DNA from: a virus
Lineage: Duplodnaviria; Caudoviricetes
Direction: 5' to 3' (one strand)
DNA length: 64,000 bases
IMG/VR virus record: IMGVR_UViG_3300031418_000007
The notes under the pieces are model-generated. The model saw nothing but the letters and a program-made list of their open reading frames with translations, was not told where the DNA came from and did not search any database. Shown here piece by piece: positions 29,603-39,016 of the stretch. A program made the translations under genes and the position numbers. Each line of letters starts with the position of its first letter. Position 1 is the first letter of the stretch.

Positions 29603-30005
29603 GAGCTTTCTTCGCCTCTTGGAAGAGATAGGCTACCAGGTCTTTGTAGCTCTGTTCCTGCTCAAGCCACACAGAACCCGCCGCTTCTGAATCAACAGTA
29701 ACAGATGGGCTGTTAGCGCGACCCGTAGAACGCAGAGAACCAAACAACAGGTTGATGGTAGAGATGGTGTTGGAATAGATCCACTCGTGACCGATAGGCG
29801 ATACGTTGTTCCAGCGATCCAGCTGACGACGCATGCTATCCAGCTCTTTCTCAACCAGCACGAAGGTTGGGTTCACGGTAAAGTGGAAAGCAACCAGGGC
29901 TTCTTTAAAAGCGTTGTTGATAAGTTCGCGCTGTTTGAACGGACACGTTACGCCCAGCTCGGCCAGTCTTTCTTTAACACGGACAATATGATCTAAGTGT
30001 GACAT
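29595..30005 (-). CDS. Small virion-associated protein (phiKZ gp85 position)
   Basis: 136-aa ORF with AAGGA RBS. Confidence 0.6.
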   Translation of the reverse strand: MSHLDHIVRVKERLAELGVTCPFKQRELINNAFKEALVAFHFTVNPTFVLVEKELDSMRRQLDRWNNVSPIGHEWIYSNTISTINLLFGSLRSTGRANSPSVTVDSEAAGSVWLEQEQSYKDLVAYLFQEAKKAHE

Positions 30006-30014
30006 AACGATTCC

Positions 30015-31364
30015 TTATGCGGACAAGTTAGCAATTTTGATATTCAGGATTTCCATCTCGTTGTTTGCGATGGCCTGAGTGAAGTGTTCGAATTCTTGGT
30101 ATTTGAAATCACTGCCCTGCATCAAACGACCCAGAGTACGATCAATCACGGTACCGGAAATAATCGGGCGGAGTTCTGCGCACTGTTTCAGCAGCAGAGC
30201 AGCGCGTTCAGCAAACTCCAGGCGCTCTTTAGTCGGCATATCCGTTTCTTTGAGCTTGGCGATCATTTGACGGATCACGTCTTCAAAGCGACGAAACGGA
30301 CTGTTGTAATCCCCGGAGTACGACAACATCCCGTAGACAAAGACAAACGACGCCAGGAAACTTCCCGCCAGGAAGATCATGTAAACCAGGGGCGCAACCG
30401 GAAGCAGCTGAATAAAGGCCACCGACACCAACAAGCACATTACGCCCGTTGACTGGAAGATACTTGCCACGCGACCCTGTGCAAAGATCTTGAGCGTTGC
30501 AGTGATGCCACGATCAAAGCCCATACGCACCGCATACATGTCAGCCAGAACTTCAGAAGACATTTGATCCACACCCAGGCTCAATGCACGGCGAGTATTG
30601 CGGCGAGAGATCAGCGCATTGAAATAAAGAATGATGTCGTTAACACCGTCTTCTTTCTCTGCCATGGCTTCGATGTTATCACGAGATTCAATATCTGCGC
30701 TTAACAGGGTAGAGGCGTTGCGGATAATGGTCACGCGTTTCTCTTTGGTGTTAGCAGCACCCAGCGCGCCCAATGCACCACGAATCACAAAGTTGTCATT
30801 AGCAACAGAGTCGATTGTTGAACACGCCGCAAAGCAGTGACCGATCTCGTGAGCAATACACGCTGCGGTCATTTCGGCCACAGAGATCTTGAGCTTCTGT
30901 ACGTCAGCTTTCTTGAAAATCTGACCTACCGGGCGACCCAGGAACAGTTTAATTGGCAGCTCGGCATAAGCACCTTCGACCTTACCGGTACGGTAGTCGA
31001 TAGATCCTTTGAAGAGTTTGCTCTTGTTCTTGGAATACCACTGGCTCAGTGTAGATGACGTCACATCGTACCAGTCTTCAATATTTTTGATATTGAGAAT
31101 GTTGTTGGGTGACATGTAGCCGACGTCGACCATGAAGTTGGCCATGTCCATCATCTCAACGGTGATGTTACTGAAACCGCTATACTTTTGAATCAGTGGG
31201 AGAATCGCATCACCCACAGAACCATTCAAGATGGCCTCGCCGTCACGTTCGGTAACGTGTGGTTCAATAGCTGCGGCCAACTCTTGGGCAAAATTGTTGA
31301 GTTGGAAGTCCATAAACTCTAACCCCGACAATTTCCCCTGTCGTAAAAAATCGATACCGAACAT
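30015..31364 (-). CDS. M48-like zinc metalloprotease with transmembrane segments, in the virion gene block
   Basis: EMTAACIAHEIGH (HExxH), downstream SEVLADMYAVRMG (ExxAD), two hydrophobic helices, then YNSPFRRF. Confidence 0.6.
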   Translation of the reverse strand: MFGIDFLRQGKLSGLEFMDFQLNNFAQELAAAIEPHVTERDGEAILNGSVGDAILPLIQKYSGFSNITVEMMDMANFMVDVGYMSPNNILNIKNIEDWYDVTSSTLSQWYSKNKSKLFKGSIDYRTGKVEGAYAELPIKLFLGRPVGQIFKKADVQKLKISVAEMTAACIAHEIGHCFAACSTIDSVANDNFVIRGALGALGAANTKEKRVTIIRNASTLLSADIESRDNIEAMAEKEDGVNDIILYFNALISRRNTRRALSLGVDQMSSEVLADMYAVRMGFDRGITATLKIFAQGRVASIFQSTGVMCLLVSVAFIQLLPVAPLVYMIFLAGSFLASFVFVYGMLSYSGDYNSPFRRFEDVIRQMIAKLKETDMPTKERLEFAERAALLLKQCAELRPIISGTVIDRTLGRLMQGSDFKYQEFEHFTQAIANNEMEILNIKIANLSA

Positions 31365-31441
31365 GGGAAGGTTCCTTATTTTATTACTGAGATGGATATT
31401 ACATAGTTTGAATTGAACATAAAATGTCGAGGCTATTTTAA

Positions 31442-33211
31442 ATGGCGGATAAAGTTAAATCACCCATTGTGGGGCGCGTTTGTAAACACGTCCACCAAGG
31501 TTTTAGTAAAGCCGAGCGCTTCGATGACCTGACCGCAATCAAAATAACTAACGTACACGCGGATGGCAGTCGCAGTGAAGATTACTCATTAATCAAAAAT
31601 TTCCAGCAGCCCTTCTGGATTGTTAAACCTGAACACCGTAAGTTCAAGCAGCAGAAAGATTACATTGAAGCCAAGAAGTGTAAACAATTTAAAAGTAATG
31701 CCGCTAAACTAGCGTACATGATCACCAAGGTGTTAGACGGGTCACCGAATCCAAAAGCCAATATCCGTCAGGTTACCACGAACCCGTATGTCTTTGGTTG
31801 TGACCAATCCACACCGGTATTTATCAAACAACGATTCTTTGATAAATATGAAGAGTACCAACAGACCGAACGTTTCAGCGTAGCAGCCTATGACGTTGAA
31901 ACCGATATGGAGAAGAAGGGTGAACCTGTGATGATGGCTTCGGTCACCATGCGGGATAAAGTCTACTTCGCCACGGTTCGCAGTTGGTGGAACGGGTTAA
32001 CCGATGAAGAGATCTACAAAGGCTTAATAGAGGAAGAAGAAAAACAGTTTAAGCAAGAGAAGATCAACCGCAAGATCGAATCGTTTGAATACGAGATCTT
32101 TGACACACCGGGTCAGGTGGTTGAGAACTGCGTAAAACGTTTCCATATGTGGAGTCCCGATCTCGTGGCTTCCTGGAACGCTACTTACGATATGGAGAAG
32201 AACGAACAGGGGTTGATTGCAGATAACCTTCCTATGGAACGTATCTACTGTGATCCTGCTATTCCTGATGAGTTCACTCACTATCGTCTGGACCGTGGTC
32301 GTACGCACAAGATCAAAGAGAACGGGGATAAGACGCCGCTAGAGCCGCAAGAGAAGTTCCCAACGATTCGCTGTATGGCGAAATGGCAGTGGTTGGACTT
32401 CATGAGCTTCTACGCCATCAAGCGTGCACCAAGCGGCAAGTTGGATTCTTACTCGTTGAATGACTGTGCGAAGCGTGAAGGGGTTGATGGTAAGCTTTAC
32501 AGTGAAGAGGGTAGTCACCTTATTGAAGGTAAAGCGGACTGGCACCGTTACATGCAGAAGAACCACAAGTTCATCTACTCCATGTACAACATCAAAGATA
32601 ACTGGGTCATTGAAGACTTAAACGACAAGACACTGGATCTGTCCATGTCGTTCCCGTTATTGACCAAAGCGTCGGAATACTTTAACTACCCAAGCCAGCC
32701 ACGTATTATCTCAGATGCACTTGCTTATATTGCGCGTGACAACGGGTATGTGTGGGGTTGTGCAGGTGGTGGTAAAAGTGAGTTCAACAACATGCTACCA
32801 ACGTTGGGTGATTGGATTGCCTTGTTGGAAACCGAGAAGAACGCCAGTAAAGGTTATATTCTGTTTGATGGTTTGTATGACGTCTACAGTAATGGTCGTT
32901 CAGCGGTATCGGACGTTGACGTAGCAGGAGCATATCCTTACGCAACGGTAACAGAGAACGTGTCGAACTACACCACACAGATTGAAGTGTGTCGTATCCA
33001 AGGCAAGGATCCGTTGAAGCAGCGTGAGATTGCGGTTAACTACGCCAGCAGTCCAGAAGCCAATGCGGTGATGTTGTGTGAAGAGCTGTTTGGTTTCCCA
33101 AGCTATGATACTGTGGTTGACAAGTTCGAAGAGATCTTGGTTGACAAAGAACTGATGGTGAAGTTCACGCAGTACTTAGAAGAAGAAGATGTAGAAGTAG
33201 AAATCGAATAA
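31442..33211 (+). CDS. Split family-B DNA polymerase: exonuclease plus motif A portion (phiKZ gp82-like)
   Basis: ExoI YDVET, ExoII WNATYD, ExoIII YNIKD, motif A DVDVAGAYP near the C-terminus; motifs B and C absent. Confidence 0.8.
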   Translation: MADKVKSPIVGRVCKHVHQGFSKAERFDDLTAIKITNVHADGSRSEDYSLIKNFQQPFWIVKPEHRKFKQQKDYIEAKKCKQFKSNAAKLAYMITKVLDGSPNPKANIRQVTTNPYVFGCDQSTPVFIKQRFFDKYEEYQQTERFSVAAYDVETDMEKKGEPVMMASVTMRDKVYFATVRSWWNGLTDEEIYKGLIEEEEKQFKQEKINRKIESFEYEIFDTPGQVVENCVKRFHMWSPDLVASWNATYDMEKNEQGLIADNLPMERIYCDPAIPDEFTHYRLDRGRTHKIKENGDKTPLEPQEKFPTIRCMAKWQWLDFMSFYAIKRAPSGKLDSYSLNDCAKREGVDGKLYSEEGSHLIEGKADWHRYMQKNHKFIYSMYNIKDNWVIEDLNDKTLDLSMSFPLLTKASEYFNYPSQPRIISDALAYIARDNGYVWGCAGGGKSEFNNMLPTLGDWIALLETEKNASKGYILFDGLYDVYSNGRSAVSDVDVAGAYPYATVTENVSNYTTQIEVCRIQGKDPLKQREIAVNYASSPEANAVMLCEELFGFPSYDTVVDKFEEILVDKELMVKFTQYLEEEDVEVEIE

Positions 33212-33222
33212 AAAAGAAAGGC

Positions 33223-33259
33223 ATACTTACCTCTACCCTTGCGGGTAGAGGTAAGGTAT
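33223..33259. terminator. Bidirectional terminator
   Basis: TTACCTCTACCC-TTGC-GGGTAGAGGTAA; stem nearly identical to 39017-39048. Confidence 0.8.
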
Positions 33260-33270
33260 ATGTTTGTTGG

Positions 33271-33837
33271 TTACTGGATTGCGAAGTTAGCCATCTTGCG
33301 GACAAACAGGTTCAGGTTGTCTTTGGCTTCTTTACGCATACCCACGATCATGCTTTCGATATCCGTGCCTTTTGCCAGCTTAACACGCGTAGCCCAGCAA
33401 GAAGCAATACGGATACACCAGCTCAGCAGCATACGGTACTGTGTCAGTGCCGCATGGGAGTATTCGACCTCACAGCCTTCAATCAGGTGGAAGAAGCGAC
33501 CATTAGCGTGGGCTTTAGGGTTGTTACGCAGAGACTGGATCAGATACAGGATACAATCTTCGAACTCCGGGTAGTCATACGACAGCATGGTGCCGGTGCG
33601 CTGCATAAAGGCGATGTTCTCCTTGATGCGTTCTTTGTCGGTCTTGTAACCTTTCTTGCCAGTGGCGTAGACCATGTACTTGTCTACTTCACCGCGCCAG
33701 AAGCTTTCATTGCTGGTCTGCTCTACTTCCTGAGCAATGTCCATGACAACGATAGGTTTCTGTACGGTGTCAACCACAGGCGTTGAGTCACTTTGCAGTT
33801 CATCAATAACCGGTGCGTTGTAAGAGTCGTTCTTCAT
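33271..33837 (-). CDS. Conserved hypothetical protein
   Basis: 188-aa ORF with GAGG RBS and upstream ATTTTATG. Confidence 0.75.
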   Translation of the reverse strand: MKNDSYNAPVIDELQSDSTPVVDTVQKPIVVMDIAQEVEQTSNESFWRGEVDKYMVYATGKKGYKTDKERIKENIAFMQRTGTMLSYDYPEFEDCILYLIQSLRNNPKAHANGRFFHLIEGCEVEYSHAALTQYRMLLSWCIRIASCWATRVKLAKGTDIESMIVGMRKEAKDNLNLFVRKMANFAIQ

Positions 33838-33889
33838 ATAAACCTCGATAGGGGGAAACGTGACATAAAATCAACGAGAGCCGAAGCCC

Positions 33890-34309
33890 TCATTGATTGT
33901 TTGCGTTTTGTTCGTGGATATCGTTGAATCCCTGGGCGGCTTGTTCTTTACGTAACGCCTCAGCGCGAGCAGTTTCTGACGCAGCAAACTCTTCAAGCTT
34001 AACGCGCTCTTCATCCCCTATCATCATGCCCTGTAACAACATCTCGGCGTGACCAATAGGAAGATTCAGGTAAAGCTCCAGTGGCATGTGTTCTTTGATC
34101 TTTTTGATTTGATACTGTCGACCGATGGATTGAATCGACAGATCGTGATCATACAAATGCTCTTCGGGAGAAAAGGCAATAGATCTAAAAGCATTGGCCT
34201 TCTCGAGATCGATGTATCCCATACGCACCTGATACATCAGCCGCATGTTAAAGATCATCTTATCCCGAGAAACGTGGCGAGTACTCTTGCCCACCACGTT
34301 ACGGACCAT
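33890..34309 (-). CDS. Small tail/baseplate assembly protein (T4 gp51-like); probable -1 frameshift partner of the upstream gene
   Basis: 139 aa with KEHMPLELYLNLP; weak RBS; frame open upstream to the UUUUUU run at 34414-34419. Confidence 0.5.
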   Translation of the reverse strand: MVRNVVGKSTRHVSRDKMIFNMRLMYQVRMGYIDLEKANAFRSIAFSPEEHLYDHDLSIQSIGRQYQIKKIKEHMPLELYLNLPIGHAEMLLQGMMIGDEERVKLEEFAASETARAEALRKEQAAQGFNDIHEQNANNQ

Positions 34310-34329
34310 TGCTCTATATTGATCGTTCT

Positions 34330-36048
34330 CTATCGAGAAATAGCCGAGAGGGCTTCTTGCCTTGCATTCTCGCCAACCTTCGACCGTCCAGTATACGTCA
34401 GGCTGGCCAGGGTAAAAAACGTCGACATGATGTTGATTGGGGTGTAGCCCAGATCATTAAACGCGTCAGACTCACCAGCACAGCTTTCGCACGCATAGTT
34501 AGCCAGACCCACAAAGGTTTTGCTCATGAACGGATAGTGCTGAATAACCGAGGACACCAGGTTCTTCGCCATCTCATCGTTTTCCATGATGATGTTCACA
34601 ATACCCTGGTTAAACTGAGCAGGATCTTGTTCACGGCGACGAATGATCATCGGTTCGCCATCAGTACCCGGTTCAGGCATGACGCGGTATTCGGCGATGT
34701 AGTGCAGGTAATCGGTACCGACCAGGCCGTTGAGGAACTCTTCACGATCCTGAAGGTACTGCTCTTCGGTCATGGACTCTTCGCGGATTTTGTCCAGCTG
34801 CTTACGCACCAGCTCAGAGAAGAACTGTTCAGCTTCAAAACTTTCGGTCAGAGACGGCACACCCAGGATAAAGCAGGCGCTGCGGTTTTCGTTCCACACC
34901 GGTTCGATTTCGTGTTTGAAGTCAGTGTCAGCAATAAACTGCAAAGACTCTTCACGCGAATACTTGCGGGAGAAGTTCATCATGTTGGCGTAAGCCGCTG
35001 ATTCTTCTGCCGTGTCCAACCATTTACGGTCAATGGTCAGCAGGCTTGGATCGATGATGTCAGCACGTGACCAGTTACAGCTTTTGTCAGCCAGACACTT
35101 CATGTGGAAGTTCACGCCGTTAGGGTAGAACAGTTCCAGCAGAGAACAGGCCATGACGTTGATATCGGTGATGCGGATCACGTCAGCCAGCTCATCAAAG
35201 TCAGAGGTGTCTTTGACGCTGCACAACATCATCTTGTCACGGATAAACTGCCACACCACGCGAATAGCCGCGATGTTGCTTAATGCCGGCAGGTTCTGCG
35301 ACACCGTACGAACGTGACCACGCACAACACGCGCAATGTTGTCAATCAACTCACCGGCTTCTAAACGGTTAGGTTTAGCATAGCGGATAGCGATAAACGA
35401 GTTACGCAAAAGCAGATCGTAGTTGTACGGATCTTTACTGACGCTCAGTGATGAGCGACGCATGTATTCGCTTAACGAGAACGTTCCGCGATTACGACCT
35501 GGGACCAAACCGTTTAAGTCACCGGTTGCGATTTCACTGGTACGCTGCATGACGTTGGTCAGACCAGGCTCACGCACTACCGGGTACTGCATCATCAGAG
35601 GATCTGCCAGGTTGGAGATAAAGGCATAGATAGTGCGCTGACGATCGTTGGCTTCTTTCAAGCCGAGGTCCGGCATGTTTTCCGCGACGTACTCTTCCCA
35701 GGCGGTGATCTGTGCCTGGACCTGACTCATGCTGATGCCTTCTTTATCACGCTGTTTGTCGGTCATGCGGGCAAACTGCTGTGCGGCAACATAGTTCTGC
35801 CACATTTCCTGCTCTTGACTTACACGAGCATAGGACTCTTTGTTCAAACCAATGAACCCGTTGAGATAGGTCAGGCTTTTATCATTGATGTCGAACTGAC
35901 CCTGAACCTGAGAGCGCGGCGGCAACGCGTCGTGTGCGACGGTATTTTCAGCGGTCTGTACGGTTTGATGAGTGACCACGGTTTTCTTAACCGGGACAGG
36001 CTGTTGGGTTTCCATTGCAGCCATCTGCTGTTCTAAGTTGTCAGACAT
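34330..36048 (-). CDS. Probable tail/baseplate-hub assembly chaperone (T4 gp26-like C-terminus)
   Basis: 572 aa; CLADKSC and C-terminal YACESC...STFF pattern; GAGG RBS; TAATG-coupled. Confidence 0.5.
   Translation of the reverse strand: MSDNLEQQMAAMETQQPVPVKKTVVTHQTVQTAENTVAHDALPPRSQVQGQFDINDKSLTYLNGFIGLNKESYARVSQEQEMWQNYVAAQQFARMTDKQRDKEGISMSQVQAQITAWEEYVAENMPDLGLKEANDRQRTIYAFISNLADPLMMQYPVVREPGLTNVMQRTSEIATGDLNGLVPGRNRGTFSLSEYMRRSSLSVSKDPYNYDLLLRNSFIAIRYAKPNRLEAGELIDNIARVVRGHVRTVSQNLPALSNIAAIRVVWQFIRDKMMLCSVKDTSDFDELADVIRITDINVMACSLLELFYPNGVNFHMKCLADKSCNWSRADIIDPSLLTIDRKWLDTAEESAAYANMMNFSRKYSREESLQFIADTDFKHEIEPVWNENRSACFILGVPSLTESFEAEQFFSELVRKQLDKIREESMTEEQYLQDREEFLNGLVGTDYLHYIAEYRVMPEPGTDGEPMIIRRREQDPAQFNQGIVNIIMENDEMAKNLVSSVIQHYPFMSKTFVGLANYACESCAGESDAFNDLGYTPINIMSTFFTLASLTYTGRSKVGENARQEALSAISR
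34372..34420 (-). other. Candidate programmed -1 frameshift signal: G_UUU_UUU, 6-nt spacer, stem-loop
   Basis: Heptamer at 34420-34414; stem GCCAGCC/GGTTGGC at 34407-34372; the -1 frame opens just upstream and continues into ORF 33890-34309. Confidence 0.55.
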
Positions 36049-36755
36049 TATACTTCCTCGCGATTGTCGAGAGTATGATTGATATCACTGGCTTCGTGTT
36101 CGCAGGTGACTTCTTCGGCTACCGCAACAGTCGGCGTTGAATACTTCGGCGTGATACGCGCCAGACGGGTCATGGCTACGTTGAACATAACCTGACGGTA
36201 GTTGTGGTTCGGGTAATGCTCTTTCTGATAGGTATCAACCATTTCAGTATACGGCGTTGCCGCGGCCATGATAGCTGGACAGATCTGGGTAACCAGTGCA
36301 TCGGAACCAAAGCCGGCGTCCATCAGCAGTTCAGAGGGCAGCGTGCGCAGGTCTTTCTCGCCTTGCAGCACCATGTTAATGACTTCGGCGTTTTCGTTGA
36401 AGCGAACAACACCGGCGTCGAAGGTATCAATCAGCTCACGCAGCTCAGCAGAGATTTCGAGTTTGTGTTCGCGTTCCAGGATCTCAAGGGTTTCCACCAC
36501 TGACCCTACACCGGCGTTGACTTCGATGGTGTGGTTGATCATCGCCATCACCTGATCGATAGTGAGTTCACGACCGTTAATCACCTGACCACGTGCCAGC
36601 AGGTTTGCTACAGTGCCGTTGGTGTAACGTTCTAAACGCTCGCGACGCACACGGTCAGCACCTGATTCACGTTTCGGTGAAGAGCCCTTGGTGGCACGCT
36701 GACTGCGTTTCTTTAAATGTTTGGCCTGCATTTTGCTGCTTAATTTCTTGGTCAT
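36048..36755 (-). CDS. Hypothetical protein with a basic N-terminus
   Basis: Likely start MTKKLS at 36755 after AGAGAG; K/R-rich first 45 aa. Confidence 0.75.
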   Translation of the reverse strand: MTKKLSSKMQAKHLKKRSQRATKGSSPKRESGADRVRRERLERYTNGTVANLLARGQVINGRELTIDQVMAMINHTIEVNAGVGSVVETLEILEREHKLEISAELRELIDTFDAGVVRFNENAEVINMVLQGEKDLRTLPSELLMDAGFGSDALVTQICPAIMAAATPYTEMVDTYQKEHYPNHNYRQVMFNVAMTRLARITPKYSTPTVAVAEEVTCEHEASDINHTLDNREEV

Positions 36756-36789
36756 GTTATGACTCTCTTTAAATAAAAAGGTTAACTGT

Positions 36790-37698
36790 ATGACAGTGGT
36801 GAACAATACCATTCTGGTAAACAGAGAATTGGTTATCGATCATTGCGGTAATGTTTGGAACGAGTTCATGGAAACTATTCCCGACCCGCACGTGGTACTC
36901 TTTGAAAAAGGACTCGCTATTATCTTCCGTGCGTTTCCTGAATCTTTAGTCAGCACCCAAATCGTGGAACTGGTGGTTGACGAGCAGCTTGACGCGAATA
37001 TGCGCAGTATGGCGTTACGTAAAATTATTTACGACAACATAAGGGACATCATCAATAAGATGGGCGTGTCGTTAAATAATGATTATTTAGAAGTTGATCA
37101 TCTGGATCTGTTGTGTGATATCGCTGACTTCTTTTTCGTCGTTACATTAATAGAAGACAGTCTCCACACGATCTACCCTCAACTGATGGCCACTGAGCTT
37201 CACCCTAAGTATCGCTTCATTAATGCCTTTGGCAAAGCCATGTGTGACGAGGAAGAACCTGATCTTTCGGAACTGGAATGTATCTTGGATGATGTCAGTG
37301 AAGTGACTCTTAAGGAGATCTGTGATTCTCTGACGGGTGTAGAGAACCATGACGTCCCACCAGAGAACGTCATCAAGCGTGTAGTGGGTGCCAAAGCCAC
37401 AATGGATGGTTCATTGGGTTACCAGCACGTACGCAACGGTGGGGGACTGGGATCGCCTGTAGACAGCTACCTAAACTTCTTCTCGCCTGAGTTAGGCAAG
37501 CTGTTAGCCGAGAACACCCTCGATAGTTATATCGAGTACGGTCGCAACGTGATCTCTCTTCACCTTATCAGTGAAATCAATGATGACAAAATCAAAGAAA
37601 CACTGCTGCGTTATTTTGAAGGGCGTTTGGATGACCTCACAGCGTTGATTCGTATTGAGTCCATGATCAAGGGTCTTAACTTACCCAACGGGAGCTAA
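36790..37698 (+). CDS. Conserved protein upstream of vRNAP beta' fragment (phiKZ gp79 position)
   Basis: 302-aa acidic ORF co-oriented with the vRNAP gene. Confidence 0.65.
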   Translation: MTVVNNTILVNRELVIDHCGNVWNEFMETIPDPHVVLFEKGLAIIFRAFPESLVSTQIVELVVDEQLDANMRSMALRKIIYDNIRDIINKMGVSLNNDYLEVDHLDLLCDIADFFFVVTLIEDSLHTIYPQLMATELHPKYRFINAFGKAMCDEEEPDLSELECILDDVSEVTLKEICDSLTGVENHDVPPENVIKRVVGAKATMDGSLGYQHVRNGGGLGSPVDSYLNFFSPELGKLLAENTLDSYIEYGRNVISLHLISEINDDKIKETLLRYFEGRLDDLTALIRIESMIKGLNLPNGS

Positions 37699-37700
37699 GC

Positions 37701-38999
37701 GTGAATAAGTTTGATTTCTTACGGGAAGCCTTTGCTCACCGTGCCTATAAACGAAAAGAGTGGCTGCTGTCTGTTTGCACCATTGGTTTCGACGACCCTG
37801 AATCCCGCGCTATTCTCTCCCCCTGGCCCTATGCCGTGTGGATCGAAGGTGATGCTTTTAAGTTCCATGACCACACGGGTGCTGTGCAAACGCTGGAAGG
37901 TGATGTCAACGAGCCGGTGTTCCACATGGCTGACTCCATTGACCTTGATGCGGGCTTTCACCCTGCTTTACAGGGACAGGCTTACAAATCAACGTTTGGT
38001 ATCTTCCTGTTCAACGTTGTGATGTTCTGGGAAGCTGTGGGTAGCGTTATTCCCTACCAGAACCGTGAGCTGACGCCAGGGCTGATTCGTGACTGGATCA
38101 GTGACATCATGGTGGATGATCCACCTGAAGGTGAAAATGTGCCGGAAGGTAAAGCGCCGGTGAGTGCTGTACTGAAGATCTCCAAGAATGCCAACTTCCT
38201 GGAAGGCATTCTCTACGCGATCGTGAAGTGTGGCTCTAAGGATTCACTTACCGTTTCCAAAGAGGTTATTGATCTCAAGAACAAGCTGCTGAAAGAACAC
38301 AAAGATCAGTTAGCTGATCCCCTGGTATTCAACGACATCGTAGAACAATGTGTTAACCTGGACTACGAGATCCAGATGAAAGGGGAGTCCGCTACTTTCT
38401 ATATAGACAAAAGCTACGTCAGCAACTGTCGTAAGCGTATGTTTATCATGTTTGGTATCGAGTTCAACTCTGAAACCAACACGTGGGTGCCGTTAGTTGA
38501 TCCATTGACCAAAGGCTGGGATCCTCGCCACATGGTTGATTACATCAACACCGCGATCGAAGGCGCATACAACCGCGGTAAGGCAACAGGGGAAGGTGGT
38601 GCAAGGGTTAAGGATATCCTGCGTATCATGGGTTCTAAGCGCGTCTCTGATGAAAACTGTGGCAGTAAGCAGGGTGAGGACGTCATGCTCTATGCTGTCA
38701 ACAAGAAGCTGTGGGTGGGTTGCTTCATTATCGTTAATAGTAAGGACGTTCAGTTAACTAACGATAACTGGAAACAGTATGAAAACAAGATCGTTACCAT
38801 GCGCACCATGCAGTTCTGTTTAACCAAAGAAGGTGACTACTGTAAGGTTTGTGCGGGTAAAGGCTTGGGCGCTACCGCCACGCGTCTCCCGTCTGCTATT
38901 TCCAAGACCGCTACCGTGTTCATGTTGTTGCGTATGAAGGCTTCCCATATCTCGGGTACAAGCAACAGCGCAGTAGCGTGGAAGCAAGCATTCCGTTAA
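37701..38999 (+). CDS. rpoC: Virion RNA polymerase beta' middle subunit (phiKZ gp80-like)
   Basis: Bridge-helix-like GAYNRGKATGEGG; zinc site ENCGS...RTMQFC...YCKVCAG. Confidence 0.78.
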   Translation: MNKFDFLREAFAHRAYKRKEWLLSVCTIGFDDPESRAILSPWPYAVWIEGDAFKFHDHTGAVQTLEGDVNEPVFHMADSIDLDAGFHPALQGQAYKSTFGIFLFNVVMFWEAVGSVIPYQNRELTPGLIRDWISDIMVDDPPEGENVPEGKAPVSAVLKISKNANFLEGILYAIVKCGSKDSLTVSKEVIDLKNKLLKEHKDQLADPLVFNDIVEQCVNLDYEIQMKGESATFYIDKSYVSNCRKRMFIMFGIEFNSETNTWVPLVDPLTKGWDPRHMVDYINTAIEGAYNRGKATGEGGARVKDILRIMGSKRVSDENCGSKQGEDVMLYAVNKKLWVGCFIIVNSKDVQLTNDNWKQYENKIVTMRTMQFCLTKEGDYCKVCAGKGLGATATRLPSAISKTATVFMLLRMKASHISGTSNSAVAWKQAFR

Positions 39000-39016
39000 C
39001 AAAAAAAAAAGAAATA

